Below, in pieces: positions 56,265 through 64,000 of a stretch of DNA of 64,000 bases. Origin of the DNA: Eledone cirrhosa (lineage: Eukaryota); assembly GCA_964016885.1 (NCBI GenBank), contig OZ024745.1:63116001-63180000 (forward strand), written 5' to 3'. The notes beneath the pieces are model-generated. The model saw nothing but the letters and a program-made list of their open reading frames with translations, was not told the DNA's origin and made no database searches. How positions within the stretch are numbered: position 1 is the stretch's first letter; the number at the start of each line of letters is the position of its first letter. Both the position numbers and the translations under genes were made by a program.

Positions 56265-56319
56265 ACTGCCTGAAGAGGTCACAGACAATGATGGCTGTCA
56301 CCGAAATATATATAGCAGT
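56265..56319 (+). ncRNA. Type I hammerhead ribozyme, intact core
   Basis: ACTGC-CTGAAGA-GGTCACAGACAATGATGGCTGTCACC-GAAA-TATATA-TA-GCAGT. Confidence 0.78.
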
Positions 56320-56467
56320 ATATCTATAATTTATAATAAACGAAACCGAATTTTACATATTTGACTTAATTATTTTACATTTATCTGGAGTAAACAAACC
56401 AGCCTGCATACTTCGTCGAGTGCTCCAAACTTTATACTGAGGTGTCGGTAAACAACCAACCTATACT

Positions 56468-56545
<78 letters not shown>

Positions 56546-56732
56546 GTGTACATCCATACGTACCCGCACGTGTACGCATACATATGTATGTATAGGCATA
56601 GACATATTAAGACAAACAATATAATGGAACTAAGTGACGAAACACACTCAATTATAAAAATAAAAACGTATATATATTTAAAACATGGTGGGTGTGTAAG
56701 GACATGGGGGAGTATCACTAAAATAATATAAT

Positions 56733-56907
56733 TGTTTCTACTATTGGCACAAGGCCAGCAATTAACCAGTACATTACTGGTACTTTATTTTATCGACCCC
56801 ATAAGGATGAAAGGCAAAGTTAATCTCGGCGAGATTTGAATTCAGAATGGCAAGGGCCGTAACTCTATGCGTCAAAGCATGGTGTCCGACCCTCTACCGA
56901 TATTGCC
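56733..56907 (-). mobile_element. SINE family A with 11-bp TSD
   Basis: AATAATATAAT at 56722-56732 and 56908-56918. Confidence 0.9.
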
Positions 56908-57329
56908 AATAATATAATATTAAATGAACAGGTGAGGGAGAAAAAGTGTATAAATTATTAGTTGTGGTGGAAAGTAAATGTTTATAAATAGATCTGAATA
57001 AAGGTATCTGGTTATAAAGTGATCTGGGTAAAAAAGTGTGGGGGTGGGGTGGGGGGGTTATAATAAGAGGACAGAAGGAAGGTGATGGGTGTGTATGTGT
57101 TAAAAGTATGACAGAAAAAAGGGGAGGAGTATAAATCAAAAGAAATGAATAAATAAACATTAGGGAAAAAAATGTATATATTGGTAGAAAGTATGTGTTT
57201 ATATGATGAACTGGGTAAGGTGTGGTGTTCGTAAAGTGATAATATTGGTAGTGAGTGGAAGGGTTAATATATAAAGAGGAAGCTCAGGATGGTTGAGTGA
57301 TCGTTGGTGTATTAATCTAGCTAAAAAAG

Positions 57330-59390
57330 AGTTGCGATTCCAGGTGCGGACAACTTCTGAAGCTCTCAGTCTTAGAGTGGGAGGGGTTTTCAGATTTTGA
57401 AGAATTCTAAATATTCCATTATACACAAATAACATTTCTTTGTGCCCCTTGGTATTCGTTTGAGTGGTCTAAAATTAACCAATCAATAGAGTATGGAATA
57501 TTTCTGTCTTTAAACTCCCATACTTTATTTGCCAGCGCCGTTGATGTTCTTTTTTCAGCGTGTTTGAATGAAGCGATGTGTGCATAATACCTAGTTATTT
57601 AATTTGTCCTGTGTCTAGCCAACATATCACTCACTTCTGGCTAGCTGGTTATTTATGATCGGTGTCAACTTGGCCTCATATACAATAGATTTGGTATTAC
57701 ATTTGCCCTGTAATGGGCATTCTTCAGGCTTCCTGCAGCTGCATCCTGGGTTTCCTCTAGTTACATTTGAATTGGTGATATTTGTTTCCATTGATGGGCA
57801 GCAAGGGTAGCTGATTTTAATTAAATTTCTATTAAATATCTTATCATATCTATGATTTTGGGGAAAATGTTTGTCTAGGAGTTCGAGGAATTTTCTTCCT
57901 ACGTTAGTTTTAACTGTTAGAGAGAAAGGTGTAAACCATATAATTTTTCTTTTTCTGTTAAGGTGTTTAGTGTTAGAAAGAGGAGTAGGTAAATATTTGA
58001 TTTGTTCAGTGAAGCCGCTGTTTTTGAGAGCCTTAGTATAATAAGGGGCAGCTTTATTAAAAATATCTATAGACGAAGATAAGGTAGAGATCCTACGACT
58101 AATGTTAGGAATAAGATTTTTAAAGGCTAGATTTTTAAAGGCAAGACTTTTTGTGTATAAATCTTAAATTTTCATTGGGTTTATGATAGCGTTTAAAAGA
58201 GGCGGTAAGTAGGTCAAAATTGATATCGAGGAAGTTGGTATTAGTAAGATTAGTATCTATAGTAATTTTTAGGTTTAAGTTAGCAAAGGTATTAATTAAG
58301 TCTTTACGGAATTTATCAAGGTTATGACCGTTGGTGGTATGAGAAACTGCCAAACCATGGTCTCGTTATAAGCCGATATTTTGACAAGGAAATTTCTCTT
58401 TAAGGGTGTGGAGGAGGAATAATCCTCCTACATCGCACACATCGGCGCTATCATATGAGCCCAACGAGTCATCAAAAGAGTTTTCTGGGCTTGATTGTTT
58501 AACCCAAGTACCTCCTTTAGCGAAAAGTAGTGTTTTCCTAGCGTGTAAGATAACATCTTCCTCTAATTTAGAAATATTAATGAAAAGTCTAGCAAAATCT
58601 AAGATTTTAATTAATAAGGATTCTGTAATAGAGGGGTAACAATCAACAATATCAAATTGGGTAAATCTACACTTATTTTTTCCTTGTATATTAATAAACC
58701 AAGATATAACAGAGGATGTATTTATTCAGTCTTAGTTCTTATTTGAAGTATTATATTTCTTAGGATTTTTTTACTCGCAAGACCAATTTCAGATTTAGCA
58801 AGGTTGATTAGTCTACAACTAGGACGATTGATAAAGTCTAATTTATGGTCTTTAAGGGTAATATATTCTTTACGTTTGGCTAGGCTTTCAGTTCGGTTAT
58901 CAATTTTTAAAGTACTAGCTAGGGCTTTAGCTTCATTATTAATGATATTATAAATATTAATGTTAGCTTTTTGGTATTTAGCAGTGATGCTATCTATTAA
59001 TAGTTGGTTATACAAATTGTTATTGACTTCATAAAGATTTTTGGATTTGTCAGAGAAAACGAAATTATTATTAGAGCGTTTAAAATTAGAAATGTCGTTA
59101 AAGAGTTTGGATTGAAAATTGTTGTTGTACTTATGGTATTTTAAGTCATTAATCATGTTAACTAGGTCTATTTCAAAGTGGGCCATATCCTTAACTCTAG
59201 GTGGGTATTTGCGTTATTTAATATCAAAGTAGTCAGTAGAATCAGCACGGAATTGTCCATCGAAAATCATCGCCTTACATCTCATTCTTTGTATGACTTT
59301 TTCAATTTGTTCAATTAATAATTTGGTGTAAGTAGTGTTGGAAGGTGTAGGAATATTTTTTATTGAGTAATCCATATCATAAACGTCCAT
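57330..59390 (-). pseudogene. Naiad-type Penelope-like element ORF (RT plus GIY-YIG), near full length, decayed
   Basis: YSIKNIPTPS..RMRCKA N-terminus, YITLKDHK.DF..PSCRLIN.AKSEIG, FDIVDCYPSI, GSYDSADVCD, GL*RDHGL (GLYRDDGL), CSCRKPEECPLQGKC, SIVY..YVG, CYLC.ME and CPH. Confidence 0.9.
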
Positions 59391-59391
59391 G

Positions 59392-59428
<37 letters not shown>

Positions 59429-59429
59429 T

Positions 59430-59470
59430 ACAAGCTGAAGATCCGCTAAGGTGAAACAATTGTTCTCGGT
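59430..59470 (+). ncRNA. Decayed minimal hammerhead, antisense to and upstream of the Naiad ORF
   Basis: CAAG-CTGAAGA-TCCGCTAAGGT-GAAA-CAATTG-TT-CTCG, with a palindromic helix III and a weak stem I. Confidence 0.45.
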
Positions 59471-59497
59471 ATGGCGAACTAACTGTTGTGTTACTAC

Positions 59498-59533
<36 letters not shown>

Positions 59534-59655
59534 CAAAGAATGACATAACAAAACAGAGATGCAAGAACACAAAAACCTATTAGCTTCACGCGTAGGAGGA
59601 TTTAGAAGACGCTTTACGTTTCAGACATAGGTCCTTCTTCAGGAAATTGAGAGGT

Positions 59656-59657
<2 letters not shown>

Positions 59658-59747
<90 letters not shown>
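59658..59747. repeat. (GA)n microsatellite
   Basis: Directly visible. Confidence 0.95.
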
Positions 59748-59753
<6 letters not shown>

Positions 59754-60022
59754 TGCAACATCAGAGTTTGGAGAGAACATAACTTTTTAAGAAGATAGGA
59801 TGCAGAAGGTGATTGTTCCGGCGTTCGGGAGTGGGGGTCGAGATGGAGAGCCCAGGAATGTCATGGGTGTTGTTATGTAAGTGCGGACATTTCGCTGGAA
59901 TGCATTATCGCTTCGTTCTATGTGTGTGTATGGTATGTGGATCGTTGATGGAAATGTGCATGCGTTTGTCTGTACATTTTTAATGTACTTTTGTGTGCGT
60001 GTGTATGTGTGTGTATACACGC

Positions 60023-60120
<98 letters not shown>

Positions 60121-62299
60121 GTATATATGTATATATATATATATATATATATAAAACACCTTGATATATATAGAGAGATGTATATTCCTCTGTGTGTGTG
60201 TGTGTGGGTGTGTGCATGTGCGACAACTGGAATTAAGCTGGGGACATGTTGAATATTAATATCATCCATGCAGCTTTGGATAATGTGATACATTGGTTGA
60301 GAATTGTTTATTTAACAGTATGAGAAGAATCTTAAGAAGCCAGATCTGTTCTCTTTACACTTTGGGCAAAAATATTTCCACCACACATATCACAGTTTTA
60401 CTGGATTCAAAGTACTATCTCATCATTTGTTTATTAATACTTTGTAATGTTTCAACAACTGCATTGCTGCGGCTTTCTATAATACTATTTGTTTATATTC
60501 CACAACACTTCACGTAATCTAAATCATTAATACATACATGTTTGTGTGTGTGTTACGTCATCGAAAATGTCCTCGGTATAAAGACATTTCAATTATATAC
60601 ATACATATAACTTATACATTTTTTCAAACTAAGTTTGATACATTATATTTTTATAGGATTTACGAGATTAACACTTTTAAATCCTTAACATTCGCCTTTT
60701 GATTAGGCAAAGATTATATTACACAAGGAGACATACCCTTTGGCAACGGAAATTTGAGTGTAAGAATCGGTGTACAAGAAAGATGTAAACTTAAATTGAA
60801 AATGTGTATACATTTAACGAGAACAAACAACAAAATTGCGAAAAGAGGAAAAGTAAAAACAAAAACCAATAGACATGGCTGCAAGTATTACAATGTAATA
60901 TATACACTTATTTTAATACAATAATATATGTAGGAGGCAAATAAGGAAATGAACACACACACGCACACACACAAGCACACACACACACATATATACACAT
61001 AATTATCAAAAGGAAGAGAAACACAAGGTGACATCAAGAATATAAAATATAATTCTACAAAGTAAATGCTAAACGTATAATGTTGGAAATATACATATAT
61101 AAAATAATGATAAAGAAGAAAATGGTAATTAAAAGGATATGTTCCAAGTGGGAAGAATGTGAACAAAACCTTGATAGTAAAGGTTTATAAGTTTACAGGA
61201 TAGAGAGTGATAAATAACTGGAATTGGCTCATGATATTTTATGAAGTTAGTTTTAAAAACACAAAAGAGACTCAAGGAGCTACGTAGTACAATGCAGGTT
61301 GAGTAAGCAATATCGAAAGAATATAGAAAGTATATTAACACAGTGTAAACATGTGCACATATTAATAGACAAAACAAATTGAAATTTCTTCAGCAATCTT
61401 GAATAATGTAGATGTCCACTTACAAACGTTTTGCCAGTAACATGACCTAATTTACAGAAAGCATTTGAAATAAACTTCCAATGAGTTGAATAATAATTCA
61501 AAGAGGATTCAATTTCGTCAATAACCCAGAATGCCTTCATTGTATTTCAGCACTGAATGAACCATTTATTTCAATCCAAATCATCATAAAATTTCGCAGA
61601 ATATATTTATTTTGATAACATTTCGAATCAGATAAAAAACGATCTATTAAAGAAAACTATTAGGGTATAAATGTTAAACGAGAACTGGTGGTTTACCAAA
61701 TTCAATATATTATAGGAATTTTCTAGATTTCGTAAACGTTCATACCTTAGACATACTGAATTAGAAAGAAAAAAAGGGATTATTTTCTCTGGATGTTCTC
61801 TAATTAGAAGTTGTTTAATGCTACATTCACTTAAATATGACAAAATGCACGTACTCTCAATCTGGTGGTGTATGGAATATCAGTTGGAACAATTGTATTG
61901 AGATTGGATATTATATATAAAATGTGTAACCTTCTAAAGATAATTGAAATGAAATTTGTCAAACTGGCAACGTTAGATAATTTAGAAAATATACACATCT
62001 ATTAGATATAAGTTGTTTTATGTGTCATGCCTACAAGTATTCTCCCAATATTGCCGACTTTCTGAGCAGTAATTTGCGTTACGAAAACGAACAGATTACC
62101 TCAAGATCAGTTGCAGGTAGCGTAACATGTATTTATGTGCTAACATGTGAAGGCTTACTTAGAGTGCTTTGCTCCCGATTTTTCGTTACTCGGTTGACTC
62201 ATTCAGAAAGGTACTTCATTTAACCTATCCACACTGCTGCAAAATGGATAGTAGTGTATATACCCATGGAAACCCACTTACACATGCGCGCGCGCGCCG

Positions 62300-62422
<123 letters not shown>

Positions 62423-62491
62423 ATCAAGGTTTAGCAAATAAGACAAAGTTTCAAAATAAATTTCAAAAAATTCACTTTACTTACTATGGTT

Positions 62492-62580
62492 ACCTTTACC
62501 GAATCGGTTTCGAGTCTCCAAAAGAAATGGACAGTCCTTTTTCGGGCTTCCATTGAAAAGATAAACTCTCGTCAGAAGGT
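62492..62580 (-). ncRNA. Type I hammerhead ribozyme, intact core, very long helix II
   Basis: Reverse strand reads ACCTT-CTGACGA-GAGTTT..AATGGA..TCCATT..AGACTC-GAAA-CCGATTCGG-TA-AAGGT. Lies in a (TA)n-bounded segment at 62423-62696. Confidence 0.75.
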
Positions 62581-62693
62581 TCTTTTCACTTGGAGAATAT
62601 AAAATTTCCGAGTTCAAATTACGAACTGTCGCTATTCAAAATTGTTCCCGAGATGAGAATGAATGATGTGGAAGCAATTCTATCCAGTGCCGT

Positions 62694-62825
<132 letters not shown>

Positions 62826-63863
62826 GTGTGTATGTCGGTGGGTGCAGGTGTAAGTGTATATCTGTTTGGGTTTTAATAATTGGTTTTATTCTCTCCCGGC
62901 ATTATATATTGGATAATATATATCAATATATTTTTTCAATACAGTTGATGAGAATATTTTTTTTAATTATCTGACAGTACAAGTAAATATTATTTCATCC
63001 ACGATTGGCTTATTTATTGCTATTTTTGTGCCAATTTAAAAACAAAACAACAAATTATTTTTTCTTTAATTCCTAACTCATGTATTGATTTTCCTTTCGG
63101 GTAATGATTTGTTTGTGCAAATATTTGGTTTTTATGTATTTAAAAGACGATACCTTTTTAAGGTGCAGCTCGCACAGTCCAATATGTTATATGAATACAA
63201 AGTGAAGCTATGGTTTTCATATTGTAAACTTAGTTCTATATGGACATGTCATGTTTATAAGCAGATTAAATATTTGCGCAAACAAAGGTTATGTTCTCAG
63301 CTATCAAAATAATATATATAACATAAGATTGAAATATTTATCTCCGGACAATATAGTATTGAGTGTATGTGTTTGTAAGATGTGGAATATGATTCAGACA
63401 TCTATAAGAACTAGAGCAATATGCATTGTTATGCGTCAACCAGCATGTAGAAGAAATGTGTCGAGAGGATTTGAACAAAGAAAAATTGAACAGAAACATA
63501 CCCTGCTTCCACAAGATTACTACATTTTATAGTAAACTCCTAAATCACAGTAAATTGGCAAATAACTCTATCTGCAAACATTAATGCAAATGGGTGCCAT
63601 GGTAGGTGCAAGTATCCGATTATTGTAATGAATGAAAAAGTGTTTTAAAAATTTAGAGAAAAACAAAAGGATTGCTGGTCAAACGCTTGAAAGTGAATGA
63701 AGAGAGAAGATGCATGGAAGTAGGATTATTTGGGGGTATAATTGAACATTAGAAGATAAATGAAGATGAATTGGTTGGTGAGGAATGGGTGGAGAATAAG
63801 AAAGGGAACATCAAGTTGGTGCCTGCGCGAAACGTTCGAAATTAAGCTCCAATGTGCAATGAA

Positions 63864-63866
<3 letters not shown>

Positions 63867-63945
<79 letters not shown>
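63867..63945. repeat. (TG)n microsatellite
   Basis: Directly visible. Confidence 0.95.
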
Positions 63946-63946
<1 letters not shown>

Positions 63947-64000
63947 TGTGCATATAACCGTTTGGTTATGAGGGTGTTTCTGTGTTCTTTACTGGTACTG

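Larger units (their letters stand above)
54775..56469 (+). mobile_element. Fold-back element, family H4 (arms about 54775-55378 / 55785-56372 plus tail)
   Basis: About 600-bp arms, each with an intact hammerhead. (TA)n at both ends. Confidence 0.88.

Noticed and set aside
57627-57629. In-frame TGA in the Naiad GIY-YIG region as selenocysteine (some Naiads encode selenoproteins)
   Set aside because: It is not at a conserved Cys position, the conserved Cys codons I could read are TGC or TGT, and TAG, TAA and frameshifts nearby indicate simple decay.
59600-59650. Minus-strand CTGAAGA-AGGACCTATGTCT-GAAACG..CGTC hammerhead-like motif
   Set aside because: Core and helices II and III are plausible, but stem I cannot pair, so it was not counted.

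Overview
AT-rich, microsatellite-dense animal genomic DNA. The SINE families resemble octopod cephalopod repeats, which is an inference. No host gene could be supported, and nearly all listed ORFs are microsatellite translations or transposon relics. The window is a nest of mobile elements: eight clear copies of one tRNA-derived SINE (most with TSDs), a second SINE family, four RTE-type LINE pieces, a probably full-length decayed CRE retrotransposon with an N-terminal PHD-like finger, a decayed Rep-Helicase Helitron, two Naiad-type Penelope-like elements (PLEs), and very old BEL/Pao and pogo relics. The most striking unexplained structure is a series of short non-coding elements bounded by (TA)n arrays. 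They belong to several dissimilar families yet share one design: a fold-back inverted repeat, a type I hammerhead ribozyme with an extended helix II, and an unpaired 3' tail carrying a shared TYGAGTGCT-like motif about 40-75 nt from the terminal (TA)n. I read about a dozen hammerheads with an intact CUGANGA/GAAA core, plus several variant or decayed ones. All folds and alignments were done by eye, so coordinates of degenerate features are approximate.
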